Positions 8,737-20,683 of a stretch of 64,000 nt of DNA are shown in pieces (the first letter of the stretch is position 1; every line of letters begins with the position of its first letter). The stretch comes from an uncultured Verrucomicrobiae bacterium (lineage in GTDB: Bacteria; Verrucomicrobiota; Verrucomicrobiia; Limisphaerales; Palsa-1400): assembly GCA_963702845.1 (NCBI GenBank), contig OY969763.1:3104001-3168000 (forward strand). The letters run 5' to 3'. The position numbers and the translations under genes were made by a program. The notes below the pieces were generated by a model, which saw only the letters and a list, made by a program, of their open reading frames with translations, did not search any database and was not told the DNA's origin.

Positions 8737-11700
8737 ATGCGCAAAACTTTTGTCCTACTATTCCTGATCTGTCTGCGTGCCCTCGCCTTTGCGGAGAATT
8801 CTACAAAGGACGACGCAGCGCGATCGTCCCTACCTGCGAAGGTCGGGGGCCGGTTTGAAATTTCGGAAAACGACCGCGTTGCGCTGGTCGGCGACACATT
8901 CATTGAACGCGAACAGGAATATGGCTGGTTCGAAACGGTCCTCTACTCGCGCTTTGCCGACCGGCATTTCACGGTGCGCAATTTGGGCTGGAGCGCGGAC
9001 ACGCCGATGGGCGAATCGCGCGCGAGCTTTGATTTTACCGACGCAAACAAAGGGTTCGAGCGGTTGATGGCGAACATCGCCGACGTCAAACCTACGGTGG
9101 TTTTTCTAGGGTACGGCATGGCGTCGTCGTTCGACGGAGACGCTGGCCTGCCGAAGTTTAAGAGCGATCTCGAACATTTGATGCAGGCCATCCAGGACCA
9201 TTCGAGTAACAGCGTTCGTTTTGTTTTATTGAGTCCGATTCGACATTTCAAATTACCCGCTCCCCTGCCCGATCCGACGGCGCACAACAAACAACTGCTC
9301 GCCTACACAAAAGCCATCCGCGAAATCGCTGGAAAACGCGTTCTGCCGTTTGTTGATTTGTTCGATTGGTCACCGTCCGCATCCGCGCGCGAAATTTCTG
9401 ACGACGGAATCCACCTCACTTCGACCGGCTACCAACTCGTATCCAGCGAGATCGCGCGTCAACTGAAATTTCCTTCCACTGCATTCAAAGTGGTGAAGCC
9501 ATACGAACAGCGGCTGCGCGATACGATCGTTCGCAAGAACCATCTTTATTTCGATCGCTGGCGTCCGCAAAACGAAACGTATCTACTCGGCTTCCGAAAA
9601 CACGAACAAGGGCAGAATGCGAAAGAAATTCCGTTGTTCGATCCGCTCGTTCAGGATGAAGAGCGCAATATCTTCCACGTGCAGGATTTGATCTCTCACA
9701 AGTTAAACGAACCCGAACCGCGCCCAACCGCCACCATTCCGAATCTGATTAAGCCGGACACAAACGCGCCACCACAATGGCAGCCGCAGTTCGATGTCGC
9801 GCCTGGATTTGAGATTTCGTTGTGGGCTGAAAATCCGCTCCTCGCCAAACCGATTCAGATGAACTTCGATCCGCAAGGACGGTTGTGGGTAGCGAGTTCG
9901 TCGCTCTACCCGCAAATCATGCCGGGGCAAAAACCCGACGACAAAATCATCGTGCTCGAAGACACGACCGGTTCTGGCAAAGCCAACAAAGGTTCAGTTT
10001 TTGCAGACGGTCTTTTCCTACCGACGGGCATCGAACCCGGCGATGGCGGGTGTTACGTCGCAGAGAGCACGCAACTGCTGCATTTGTCTGACGAACATCA
10101 CAGCGGAAAGGCCGACACGCGCCGCGTCGTTCTCTCCGCCTTCGGGACCGAAGACACCCACCACATCCTCCACACGTTGCGTTGGGGGCACGATGGCATG
10201 CTCTATTTCGACCAGTCGATTTACATTCACAGCCACATCGAAACACCAAACGGCGTCGTTCGACTAAACAGCGGTGGCATCTTTGAATTCCGTCCACCCA
10301 CGATAGAACTCGAAGTTTTTCTGCGCGGCTTCTGCAATCCGTGGGGACATCAGTTTGATAAGTTCGGGCAATCGTTCGTCACGGACGGCGCAGGATATCA
10401 GGGCATTACCTACGGGGTGCCCGGTGCGACATATTTCACTTACGCGAGCATGCGGCGCGAACTGCAGAGCATCAGTCCCGGGAGTTATCCGAAATTCTGC
10501 GGCCTCGAAATCGTCGGCAGCCAACAATTTCCTGCTGATTGCCAAGGGCAAATGATCACGGCGGATTTTCGCGCCCATCGCATTGCCCGATTCAGCGTCG
10601 CGGAAGAAGGTGCCGGTTATGTTACCAAAGAACTTTCGGATCTTGTGCGCACGACCAATGTCACGTTCCGGCCGATCGACATGAAGTTCGGCCCGGACGG
10701 CGCGCTTTATATCGCTGATTGGTCGAACCCCATCATCAACCACGGCGAAGTCGATTTCCGCGATGGACGTCGCGATCACGAGCATGGAAGAATTTGGCGG
10801 ATCGCTGCCAAGGACCGTCCGCTGCTGCCGCGCGTCAACTTCACAAAACTTTCGGATGAAGAACTTCTTCGCGAACTCGTTTCTCCGAATTCCTACAACG
10901 CTTCCCAAGCGCGGCGCGTATTAACGGAACACGGCAAGCGCGTTGTGCCCGCTCTGCGAAAGTGGATGACTCTTCAAAACACCGATACCGGGTTGCTTCA
11001 AGCGTTGTGGATGTTCCAATCGCTCGACATCGTCGAAACAAATGTTCTCAGCAAAATTTTGCAATCGAACGATGGTCACATTCGCACGGCTGGCTACCGT
11101 GTCTTAAGCGAATGGCACAAGCGCGTGCCGCAAGCGACTGCGTGGCTGGCGCGCGGCTCGCAGGATTCTTTCCTTCGTGTTCGAGTTGAAGCTGTTCGTG
11201 GTCTCGGAAAAATTCCAACCGCAAAATCCGCCGAACTCGTCCTGAACGCATTGGGCACCAAAGACACGTTCGTCGACTATGCAATTTGGCTGAGCATCAA
11301 CGAACTCGCCAAACCCTGGCTGGCTGCGGTGAAGTCCGGCGAATGGAAAGTCGAAGGCCACGAAGACCAGCTTGAGTTCGGTCTCACCTCAATCGAATCC
11401 GACCTCGCCGTTCCGGCGCTTGCCAGTTATGTCAAAGACCACCCGCTGACACGCGATGGCCAAGGTCGCTGGATTGAGCTCATCGGCCGCGCCGGGACCG
11501 CCAACGAGTTGCAGCTTCTCTACGATCACGTCCTCCAAAACGAATTCGATTCCGCTGCTTCGTTACGCGCACTGACTGCATTGCGCGAAGCAGCGAAAAA
11601 CCGAAGCATCAAGCCGGCGTCGCGTCTGGATGAAATCAGCGGTGTGATAAAGAGCAGCACTGCCAAAAACCAACTTGAAGCCGTGCGACTGGCCGGCGAA

Positions 11701-13071
11701 TGGAAGATCAACTCCAGCGTTTCAGAACTCGCCACGCTAGTCAAAACGGCAAAAACTGGCGAACTGCGCGATTCTGCGTTCGAGTCCCTGCGCAAAATCG
11801 GTGGCGACAAAGCGCTCGCCGCAGTGCGACAACTAGCCTCAAAAGATCAGCCGATGGAAATTCAACGCGCTGCGATTACATCAATGGTGGCGCTCGATCT
11901 TTCCAATGCCGTTCCTGCTGCCATTTCGCTGTTGCGCGATTCCACCAACAGTGACCAGGCCATCGCAATTTGGAAGTCCCTCTTGGAAACCAAAGGTGCC
12001 ACGCCCCTGCTCGCTCGCGCGTTACCTCAAAAAGGATTTCCGCAACTTGCTGGCAAAGCCGGTCTGCGAGCCGCCCGCGAAACAGGTCACAATGACGTAG
12101 AATTCATCGTCGCACTGACCCGCGCTGCCGGGTTGCAAGACGCTGAAACAAAACTTACCGAAACCGAAACGAAGGAACTCATCAAGGCGATTAACGAATC
12201 CGGCGACGCCGTTCGCGGAGAGAAAATATTCCGCCGTGCGCAGGTTTCGTGCGCTTCTTGTCATGCTATAGGTGGTGTCGGCGGAAAAGTCGGCCCCGAC
12301 CTCACCTCTATCGGTGCCAGTTCACCACTCGATTATCTCATCGAATCTGTGTTCTATCCGAACGCAAAAATTAAAGACGGCTATCACTCTTATCTGATTG
12401 AGACCGACGACGACACGGAAGCCTCCGGAATCCTAGTTCGCGAAAACAACGACGAACTTGTCCTTCGCAACGCGAGCAACAACGAGGTTTCAATTCCAAA
12501 AAATAAAATCAAAAAGAAAACCCAGGGTGGTTCGCTCATGCCTTCCGGCTTGCTCGATGCTCTTAATCATCAAGAGAAACTTGACCTGTTCCGCTTCCTT
12601 GCCGAACTCGGGAAACCCGGCGCCTTTGACGCCTCACATCCGAACGTTGCTCGTTTGTGGAAAGTTACCGTCTCATCGATACACTCTGAACAATTTGGCG
12701 ACGATAACGTAGTGAAGGCCGATTGGTCCGGTGAACAATGGCACACCGCGCCGACTTACGTTGACGGCCGTTTGTATCGCGCTGATCTGAAACACGCCGC
12801 AGTAGCCGAACGCGGCAGCATCGCGGTGTCTGTTTTTTGTGCGACGGAGTTTCGTGTTTCGCAAAATGGTCTGGTGCCTTTGGACCTGACCCTCGACGGC
12901 AAAGCCCAAGGCGTCGCCGCATGGTTGGACGGAAAGCCAATCGAATGCCGCAAACAAGTAACGACCGAACTGAAGTCCGGCGTCCATCGTCTCGTCCTGA
13001 AATTTGATCCAAAAAACCTGCCTGATTCCTTGCGGGTTGCGTCTCCGGAAGCCGCCTTTAGCGCCAATTAA
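8737..13071 (+). CDS. PVC-type heme-binding CxxCH protein with N-terminal SGNH/GDSL domain, beta-propeller and HEAT repeats
   Basis: Signal peptide from ATG 8737; GDTF...RNLGWS...DGIH SGNH-like domain; KPIQMNFDPQGRLWV propeller; CASCH...VGPDLT cytochrome c domain. Confidence 0.88.
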   Translation: MRKTFVLLFLICLRALAFAENSTKDDAARSSLPAKVGGRFEISENDRVALVGDTFIEREQEYGWFETVLYSRFADRHFTVRNLGWSADTPMGESRASFDFTDANKGFERLMANIADVKPTVVFLGYGMASSFDGDAGLPKFKSDLEHLMQAIQDHSSNSVRFVLLSPIRHFKLPAPLPDPTAHNKQLLAYTKAIREIAGKRVLPFVDLFDWSPSASAREISDDGIHLTSTGYQLVSSEIARQLKFPSTAFKVVKPYEQRLRDTIVRKNHLYFDRWRPQNETYLLGFRKHEQGQNAKEIPLFDPLVQDEERNIFHVQDLISHKLNEPEPRPTATIPNLIKPDTNAPPQWQPQFDVAPGFEISLWAENPLLAKPIQMNFDPQGRLWVASSSLYPQIMPGQKPDDKIIVLEDTTGSGKANKGSVFADGLFLPTGIEPGDGGCYVAESTQLLHLSDEHHSGKADTRRVVLSAFGTEDTHHILHTLRWGHDGMLYFDQSIYIHSHIETPNGVVRLNSGGIFEFRPPTIELEVFLRGFCNPWGHQFDKFGQSFVTDGAGYQGITYGVPGATYFTYASMRRELQSISPGSYPKFCGLEIVGSQQFPADCQGQMITADFRAHRIARFSVAEEGAGYVTKELSDLVRTTNVTFRPIDMKFGPDGALYIADWSNPIINHGEVDFRDGRRDHEHGRIWRIAAKDRPLLPRVNFTKLSDEELLRELVSPNSYNASQARRVLTEHGKRVVPALRKWMTLQNTDTGLLQALWMFQSLDIVETNVLSKILQSNDGHIRTAGYRVLSEWHKRVPQATAWLARGSQDSFLRVRVEAVRGLGKIPTAKSAELVLNALGTKDTFVDYAIWLSINELAKPWLAAVKSGEWKVEGHEDQLEFGLTSIESDLAVPALASYVKDHPLTRDGQGRWIELIGRAGTANELQLLYDHVLQNEFDSAASLRALTALREAAKNRSIKPASRLDEISGVIKSSTAKNQLEAVRLAGEWKINSSVSELATLVKTAKTGELRDSAFESLRKIGGDKALAAVRQLASKDQPMEIQRAAITSMVALDLSNAVPAAISLLRDSTNSDQAIAIWKSLLETKGATPLLARALPQKGFPQLAGKAGLRAARETGHNDVEFIVALTRAAGLQDAETKLTETETKELIKAINESGDAVRGEKIFRRAQVSCASCHAIGGVGGKVGPDLTSIGASSPLDYLIESVFYPNAKIKDGYHSYLIETDDDTEASGILVRENNDELVLRNASNNEVSIPKNKIKKKTQGGSLMPSGLLDALNHQEKLDLFRFLAELGKPGAFDASHPNVARLWKVTVSSIHSEQFGDDNVVKADWSGEQWHTAPTYVDGRLYRADLKHAAVAERGSIAVSVFCATEFRVSQNGLVPLDLTLDGKAQGVAAWLDGKPIECRKQVTTELKSGVHRLVLKFDPKNLPDSLRVASPEAAFSAN

Positions 13072-13168
13072 AAGTTCCTTGTAAATTCGGCGTTTTGTGG
13101 GCAAGGTCTGCCCTCGTAAGGCGGTAGAGCCGCTTGCGCAAATCACGTTTTTAATCAGAGTAGAAACG

Positions 13169-13384
13169 GTGACAAAAGAAGAACCAATTGAACTTACCGG
13201 CACGGTGACCCAAGTGCTGCCCGGAACAATGTTTCGGGTTGCGCTTCCCAACGGTCACGAAGTGCTTGCCCATATCTCGGGCAAAATGCGCAAACACTTC
13301 ATCCGCATCAGCGTTGGCGACAGGGTGAACGTCGAGATGTCTCCTTACGATTTGGGCAAAGGCCGCATTTCTTTCCGCCAATAA
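13169..13384 (+). CDS. infA: translation initiation factor IF-1
   Basis: GTG start; [11 protein letters not shown]...[32 protein letters not shown]. Confidence 0.97.
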   Translation: MTKEEPIELTGTVTQVLPGTMFRVALPNGHEVLAHISGKMRKHFIRISVGDRVNVEMSPYDLGKGRISFRQ

Positions 13385-13393
13385 GTCTGCCGT

Positions 13394-13810
13394 CTATTCC
13401 GGCACGACCATTTTAAAGCGCGGAATTCTCGTGAGCAGCCGCCGCCCCTCATCATCCACTCCGAGATAACTTCCTTCAGCGACCGCCGTTTTTGTGTCGA
13501 GCAGGTGAAATGAGTTATAGCTGAATTTTGATCCAGGATTGATCAGCGGATATTGGCCGACAACACCGTTGCCTTCGTAAGCGCAAACTTCCCCACGATC
13601 GTTTGTCACTACCCATTTGCGTAACTTGATCGTCACCGGAACATCCGTGTCATTGTGAATGCTGATGAAATAGACAAAACAATGCGGCCGATCCTCCGGC
13701 GCCTCGAAGCTGGGGTTATACACCACCCGATCGACCGTCACTCGCAATCCCTCGGGTTCCAAAAATTCCTGCGGCAAACTCACGTCCCAAGCTAACTTCC
13801 CGTCAACCAC
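13394..13810 (-). CDS. apaG: ApaG domain protein
   Basis: FVYFISIHN...RKWVVT...EGNGVVGQYPLINPGSKFSYNS...GSY...IPRF. Confidence 0.85.
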   Translation of the reverse strand: MVDGKLAWDVSLPQEFLEPEGLRVTVDRVVYNPSFEAPEDRPHCFVYFISIHNDTDVPVTIKLRKWVVTNDRGEVCAYEGNGVVGQYPLINPGSKFSYNSFHLLDTKTAVAEGSYLGVDDEGRRLLTRIPRFKMVVPE

Positions 13811-13870
13811 TCGCCAAGCGGCGATTTCTCCAACTCTCGACTTTTTACTCAGCGCTCCTATCCTGATTCA

Positions 13871-14755
13871 ATGCAGTGGGAAAAAATCAGCATCATCGGC
13901 GCAGGCCTTTTAGGAGGCTCGCTTGGATTGGCGATTCGGCAACGCAACGTCGCCTCGTCCGTCTACGCCTATGTGCGCCGGCCTGAATCCATTGCAGAAT
14001 GCGAGCAAGCCCAAGCCGTCACCAAAGCGACATTGGATCTTGGCGAAGCGGTGAAAGATTCGTCGCTCGTTATTTTCTGCACCCCGCTCGGGCAGATGCG
14101 TGAACTCGCCCAAAAAATGCGTCCGCACCTCAAATCCGGCACCGTCGTGACCGATGTCGGCAGTGTGAAAGAAAGTGTCGTGCGCGAGCTCGAACCTGTT
14201 TTCGCCAGCATCGGTTGCCATTTCATTGGCAGCCATCCGATGGCGGGCTCCGAGAAGACCGGTGTCAAAGCCGCACGCGGCGATCTTTTTGAAAATGCCG
14301 TCTGCCTTGTCACCCCCACGCAACGTTCCGACGCAGATGCTGTTTGCACAGTGCAGAATTTTTGGAAAGAAGTCGGCGCACAAACCATTCGATTGAGCCC
14401 GGAACTGCACGACGACCTCGTCAGCCGCTCGAGCCATTTACCGCACGTCGTTGCCGCCGAATTGGCCAATTACGTCCTGAGCCCCGTTCATCCGAAAGAA
14501 CAATCGCTCGTGTGCGCATCTGGTTTCCGCGACACGACCCGCATTGCCGCGAGTTCGCCCGAAATGTGGCGCGATATTTCCCTGGCAAACCGCAAGAACC
14601 TGATGCGCGTGCTGGGCGTTTTTATCGAAGACCTTCAGGAATTTCAGCACGCCCTGGAACGCCAGGACAAAAGCGCGATCGAAGAGTTTTTTGCCAACGC
14701 AAAGACCCGCCGCGAACAATGGCACAATCGCGGCGCCAGCGCTTCGCCGGAATAA
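13871..14755 (+). CDS. tyrA: prephenate/arogenate dehydrogenase
   Basis: GAGLLGGS Rossmann motif; TDVGSVK, HPMAGSEK, HD...SHLPH and GFRDTTRIA.S.PEMW.DI motifs. Confidence 0.93.
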   Translation: MQWEKISIIGAGLLGGSLGLAIRQRNVASSVYAYVRRPESIAECEQAQAVTKATLDLGEAVKDSSLVIFCTPLGQMRELAQKMRPHLKSGTVVTDVGSVKESVVRELEPVFASIGCHFIGSHPMAGSEKTGVKAARGDLFENAVCLVTPTQRSDADAVCTVQNFWKEVGAQTIRLSPELHDDLVSRSSHLPHVVAAELANYVLSPVHPKEQSLVCASGFRDTTRIAASSPEMWRDISLANRKNLMRVLGVFIEDLQEFQHALERQDKSAIEEFFANAKTRREQWHNRGASASPE

Positions 14756-14760
14756 CCGCT

Positions 14761-17213
14761 TCAATGCCTGCGCAAGATCAGCCGGTGATCGACGCGTTTT
14801 GTCTGTGAATACTCCAACGGTGGCAAGTCCGTGATCGTTGGTGATTCCGTCTCCTTCACAATTGCAGTCGCTATTGCCTGCAGCGTCTTCCAACGCGGCC
14901 ATTCCAAATCCGCCGCGTGACTGATCTGTCGCAACGTGCTGCGCCATTCGATAATGATACGATCGATGTCTCCCGCGCCGAGCAACTCCGTCACCCACGC
15001 GTGTTTCGTGAGTGGATTCTTGTGAACTCCCGCGACAACTTGCTCCGCACCAAAACCGTATTTCGGCGGGACACCATTCTCTAAATAACCGGGGATGGTC
15101 TGATTCCCGTAAAGTTTGTGGCACGCCGTGGCGAGCCGCCCCCCCAACGATTGTCCTCGCCGCAAAACCGATAACTCGCGTCCAGGTCCGCGAGATCATA
15201 AACGAGTTCATCGATCGGGTACGATTCATCATCAAGCGCGGCAGCAATCGCCAGCCCATCGCCTTGTGAAAAAAAGCTGCAAACTTTACCGCGCAATGTC
15301 GGCGCGCCACCTGCATCAACCAGACCAAGCCGACGCCAGAGCAGCGCGACGCCAGTTGAGGCGGGCAATTCGCGACAGACCGGAACGAGCGGACAAATAG
15401 CGCAATCGGGAGGCAAGACGTCGCGTTCGATCGGTCGCCAAAGCGCCACGCCGTGTGCGTCTACCGGAACACGCACCGTCTGTTCGGCTAAACTTAAATG
15501 TGCAACGACGCGTTCGTGCCGATCGATGTATTGGACCACCGGCGTTTTCTGGTGAGCCAACTTTTCGGACAACAGCGGGATGATCTGCTCTTCCCAAACT
15601 TTTATAGGAACCTGGCGGCCATTCCAATTCGTCAGCCGGCGCACCCACTTGGCAATCAATACTCGCTCTGTGTTCAATCGATCGGCAACTGTTACCTCTC
15701 GTCCGTAAGTTTTCTCGATCTCCGTTTCGCTAATGATGCAAAGGCTCCCCTGCCCGACCTTCTCCAATGCTGCAGCGCTGGTGACCGCCGGCCGCAAATT
15801 CTCGAACTTCGCATCCGAAACTCCTGTTTGCACCAACACATCACGCAACGGCACTTCAGTCGACGTCGGATAATCCTGCCATTCACCACGGCTGTTCAGT
15901 AGTTGGCGAACGCGCTTGCGAACGTGGCGCGCTCGCTCGGCGTCCGTCATTAAGCCGCAGGGCACGTCTGGATTCTTCATCGATTCCTCAACTCCCAAAG
16001 CAATTCGCTTGGTCGTGAACAACCGATCCTGCACCCGCACAGCTTCGCGGAACGGATCGCGTTCCTGCTCTGCTGCCGCCCACATCAGCCCGAGCAACGC
16101 GTTCCAATCGACCAGGGCCGAGCGCGAGAGATGGCAAGGCCGTCCATCTAATAACCGAAGTTGATTAGCCGTAATCAGAACGAAGCCCGTTTCATCCAAA
16201 CCGCGTCGGCCGGCGCGACCAAACATCTGCAGAATTTCATCCGAGCGCAGCGGCTGTTCAATCCCGTCGCGCTTGTATGAATCTGCCGCCAGCGCGACGC
16301 TTCGAAGCGAAAAATTGATTCCTGCGGCAAGCCCCATCGTGGCCACGACCACGCGAAGCTGACCCGCCTTTGCCAACGGCTCGACCACGCCTGCTCGTGC
16401 CGCGTAGCTCAGTCCGCTGTGATGATAGGTGATGCGGCTCTTCAGCATGCGCGCCATGTTTTCGCCCACCAGCGCTCGTTGTTCCACCGTCAGGTTGAGT
16501 GGATTGGGATTTGGTAAAACGCGCGCCAGTTCAGCGGCCAGGGACTCCGTTGCTTGTCGTCGCGGTGAAAATACCAGAATCGGACCGAGATCCTCCGCCA
16601 GCGCTTTAGCAATAAAACGAGGCCAATAGCCGCGAATTTCCGAAGGCACATTGTAGTTGAGATTATTGGCGTGAACTTCTTCCAGCGGCACAGGGCGCAG
16701 TTCATGTCGAACCAGCACCGGCTTTCGGCCAAGGCGCTGAAGCCATTGCACAACCTGATGAGGATTACCGACACTGCCGCTCAGCAAAAGTAATTGCGTT
16801 TGCGGCGGAGCGAGGGCCAGCGCCAATTCGTAATTCAGCCCGCGATCCGCATCGCCGATCATTTGATACTCATCGACCACCAGCAAAGTCGGACCATCGC
16901 CGCGAATCAGCCGGTTCTTCTGTGTCTCCAGTGTCGCGACAATCACCGGCGCAGAAAGATTCTCCGACAAATCGCCCGTGGCAATGCCGACATCCCAACC
17001 CTGCGCGCGCCATTCCGCCAATTTATCGTTGGCCAGAGCCCGCGTCGGCACCGTGTAAATCGCCTGCCCGCGATTCTTCCCGTGTCGGGACCACAATTCG
17101 AAAATGAGCGTTTTGCCGGCGCCGGTCGGCGCATGAACAACAACGTCATGACCTTCGCGCAACGCACCGACAGCCTGTTGCTGCCACAGGTCGGGAATGG
17201 TAATTCCACCCAT
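14761..17213 (-). CDS. Ski2-like DEAD/DEAH-box helicase, one frameshift
   Basis: APTGAGKT, PTRALANDK, DEYQ and QMFGRAGRRG motifs. The frame changes in a G7 run at ~15139-15145 and continues in ORF 14761..15165. Confidence 0.85.
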
Positions 17214-17329
17214 GCTGGACAGGCTGCCTTCCAATGTTTGGGCGAACGCCATTACTGTAAGATAAAGCTAAAGCGCAAAACCCAAAACATAAATGCTTGA
17301 GGTCCACAAACAAACTTTCCCTGGGAAAC

Positions 17330-17362
17330 AAAAAGCCCCTCTTCTCACTCGAGAAGAGGGGC
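17330..17362 (-). terminator. intrinsic terminator
   Basis: GCCCCTCTTCTC-loop-GAGAAGAGGGGC perfect 12-bp stem, followed by a T-run on the minus strand, 22 nt after the stop at 17385. Confidence 0.85.
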
Positions 17363-17384
17363 CAAATGAATTAGAATCCGACTC

Positions 17385-20300
17385 TTAATGCTTTAAACGG
17401 AAGAAACCAGGTGTCGCTCCGAATGGAACCGTCACGGTGTAGTTCGTCCCGGAAACACTAACACCACCCACTGCGTTCCATGACGCGGCGTTTACAGTGC
17501 CGGCGTTTTGCAGGACGTAAGCGCTGTTGTTATTGGTCGGCCAGGAAATCTGAATCGCGCTGGCCGAGCGCGCGGCTGTCAAACTCGGCGCAACTGTTGT
17601 CACATCAGAGAAGGACGTGCTGACCACGATGTTGTCGATTATCTGGGAACCAGCAGCTGTCGGAGCCGATGGAGTTCCCGACTCGCGGATACCAATCCCA
17701 GTTACGTCGAACGGCGTCAATGGGTCCGTAGCGGTAGCGCCCACGTCGTTAGGCGAGGTCGGATTCACCCAAATGGTCGAAGACCCGACGCTGACTTTAT
17801 ATCGAACAACGACGTTGTAGGTCGTATTCAGACTCAGGTCCAATGGGAATTGCACATTCGGCGGATTATTGGCGCGATTGGACAGACCAAGACGGAACTT
17901 GCCGCTTCCAGCACTGCCGATCGAAGCAAAGACTTTGGCAACAAAGTTTGTTCCCGCAGCGTCACGCAAGTGAATGAAGTAGTCACCATTTGCACCTGGC
18001 AATACTGTTTGTTTAAGCGTGAAGCCAATGTAGAGAACGTCTCCAGAAGTCGCGGTAAACGGCCCACTCGGAAACGTCGCGTAAAGATCTTCTGAGTTCG
18101 TCAAATACAGACTGACCTGGGCGGAAAAGTTGCTCACAATCAATTCGTAATTCGTGCCGCTGCTATGGAACCATGGGCTGTTATTTGCGAAGGACAACGA
18201 TGTGCCATCGGGATATTCATCGAAGTTTTCGCTGAACAAAATTCCGAGCTGAGGACCACTACCGACAAACAAATCGAAGCTGCTGGTCGCGGTCATGTTG
18301 TCAGTATCTGTCACAGTGACAGTCACCAGAGCCGTTCCAGTTTGGCCGGAAACGGGGTTCAACGTAATATTTCGCACGATTCCGCTTCCGCCCAATGTAA
18401 TTTGATTATTGGGAAGGAGTGTTGGGTTCGACGACGAAGCAGTAACAATTAGATTTGCCGGAGCCGTTTCAGCATCGCCGACGTTGAACGAAATCGGGCC
18501 GACGGGAACGCTTGAATCGATCGATTGATTTGCGATAGCGGATATCGTCGGCGGCGTTTGCGCGGAGCAAATGTTCTGCGGCGAAGCGCTGTTGTGCGGA
18601 TTCGGCGCTGCTGTAACGAAATCCAGGGCGTTGTTGTCGTTATCGATGCAGCCCCAAGTCCCGTTGGCGACATCGCTGGCACTTCCACGGAAATCCGCAG
18701 TGGTATTGGAAGGAGCTGGAGCCGGGCCAGTTCCTTCGGCTGGAGTTGAGCCGGAACCGAAAGCGACGAGGTCAACCACGCGCGCATCGGGCAAAACTAC
18801 CGTTCCAAGCGCATTCGTGGTATTTGCCAACGCAACTTTGCCGCCGGTTGCGCTAACCGCAATATTAGTATTGCCTGCGTCCGGCGTTGGAAGCGCGGCT
18901 GCTCCTGTATTAGCGCCCGGCGCGAGCTGAACGAGGAAGTAGCTGTACGGGGCGATGTTAACGGAGGGCAGATTGACACAGAAATTCGTGGTCGTTGTAA
19001 ACGCCGCAGCACTGCCTGCATACTGAAGTGACCATCCAGCAAGACTCACGTTGGTGCTTGTGCGGTTAAACAACTCGACGAAGTCGTTAGCGTATTGTCC
19101 GCCGGAATTGCCGCCACCGCCGTAGACCTGGCTGATCACGACAGCGGCGCGAACAGGTTGAACAACGTTCAACACCCCAGAGTCCGTCGCAGTCAACGCA
19201 CCCGAGCTAGCGCGAACCGTTGCAGTTCCGGTGCCGTTAGCGGTAAAAACTGCACTTTTTGAATCAACTGCTGGAACAAGGTCACCTGCAACAACTGAGC
19301 CGGTTATAGTAGGCAACGACCAAGCGGACGCTGCGACGTTATCAACAAAGTTGGCATACGCATCACGACGGATCGCATAAACCGTGATCGAGCGTCCGGC
19401 TATGAGAGTTTGCGCAGGAACGACTGTGCCGCCGCCGTTGGCTGCAGTTTCCACACGCACCTGCGCAGGACTTCCAGCAACAACAGTGATAATGCCGGAA
19501 TCGATATTAATCAAACTGCCGGAGACCGCGCGAACTGTTGCCGTTCCGGCAACATGCCCGGTGATTACAGCGCTTTTCTTGTCGCCTGATGGGACTAGGT
19601 CACCAGCAACAACACCACCAGTTGACCCACTTAATGTCCATGAGTCTGCGGCCACATTCGCGACGAAATTATTCGCGGCATCACGTTGGATTGCATAGAC
19701 GGTGATGGAATTTCCAGCAGTAAGATTTTGGGCCGCGACAACTGTTCCACTACCATTGGGCTGGGTTTCCACGCGAACCATAGGACTGCCACCACCTCCG
19801 CCAGTGCCCGTTACTACGATATTATCCAGTGAAATTTTTGGGCGAGAGCCAGTGGTTCCACCATCGCCGTTGTATTCGTAAAAGCGAATTCTCGCATTGG
19901 GATTACTGTTAAAGGCGGCTGGAAGCGTGATCGAGGAGCGGGTTCCCGAGGCAGGTACATTGTTATTGCACGATACTGAAGCAGCCGTCAGTTCTGTAAA
20001 GGTCGTCCCATCAGTGCTGGTATAAACCTTAAGTGTGGCCGCTCTGTCTCCAGTGACCGTTATTTACTTCGGCCCAATCAAAGCTCAAAGTTCCGGCAGT
20101 GATGCCGGTAAAATCGAGAAAGAGATCGCGCCAATTGCCGCTGAATGATCCGTGCTACCGGTGGTCAAGAACAGCATGGCTCCGGTTCCCTTCTGAATAC
20201 CAGTGCTTTGGCTGACGGCAGCGGGCCAGCCGGCAGTAGCAGTAGCATTGGTCGTGATTTTCACGCCATCGGGAACTGTTCCGGATGTGTTGATAGGCGC

Positions 20301-20507
20301 GGCGGACCAGCGGCTCGCACCAATTCCGCTGGAAAAGTTAGCGCCCCAGTTAGCAATGTCATCGAAACCTTCGGAGTAATTGCCGGACGACATCGGGTAA
20401 GGCGTTGCAGCGACTGCACTCCAAGAGCACATTAGTGCGACCGCGAACAATGCGGCCCGAACTATTAGGGAAACTTTAGATACTGATCCTACAGGGGTTG
20501 CTTTCAT
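17385..20507 (-). CDS. large secreted protein with Ig-like repeats and lamin-tail domain (two frameshifts near 20058 and 20125)
   Basis: Signal peptide at 20507; two VRVET..NG.GTVV repeats; LTD motif VVISQVYGGGGNSG...DFVELFN; C-terminal ...GFFRLKH domain. The intervening frames join after two indels. Confidence 0.8.
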
Positions 20508-20683
20508 AAAATTGCGCGAGATACGGATTTGCCGGGCGTTCGAAGCTTGTGCTGGTTAAGCAGCTTTGATTTACCTTTCTTTAGAGTAGTAGATTATGGA
20601 TTTTTGACGGGCTCATAGCAAATCAAAAACAGGGTAAGAATCATCATTTTTGCGTGGGCCATAACAACCAAGATTTGGAATCG

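Noticed and set aside
15139..15145. Programmed frameshift or phase variation in the helicase
   Set aside because: It is a single-base homopolymer indel in a window with many unrelated frameshifts (20058, 20125, 27.1-28.4 kb, 47800, 56700); sequencing error is more parsimonious.
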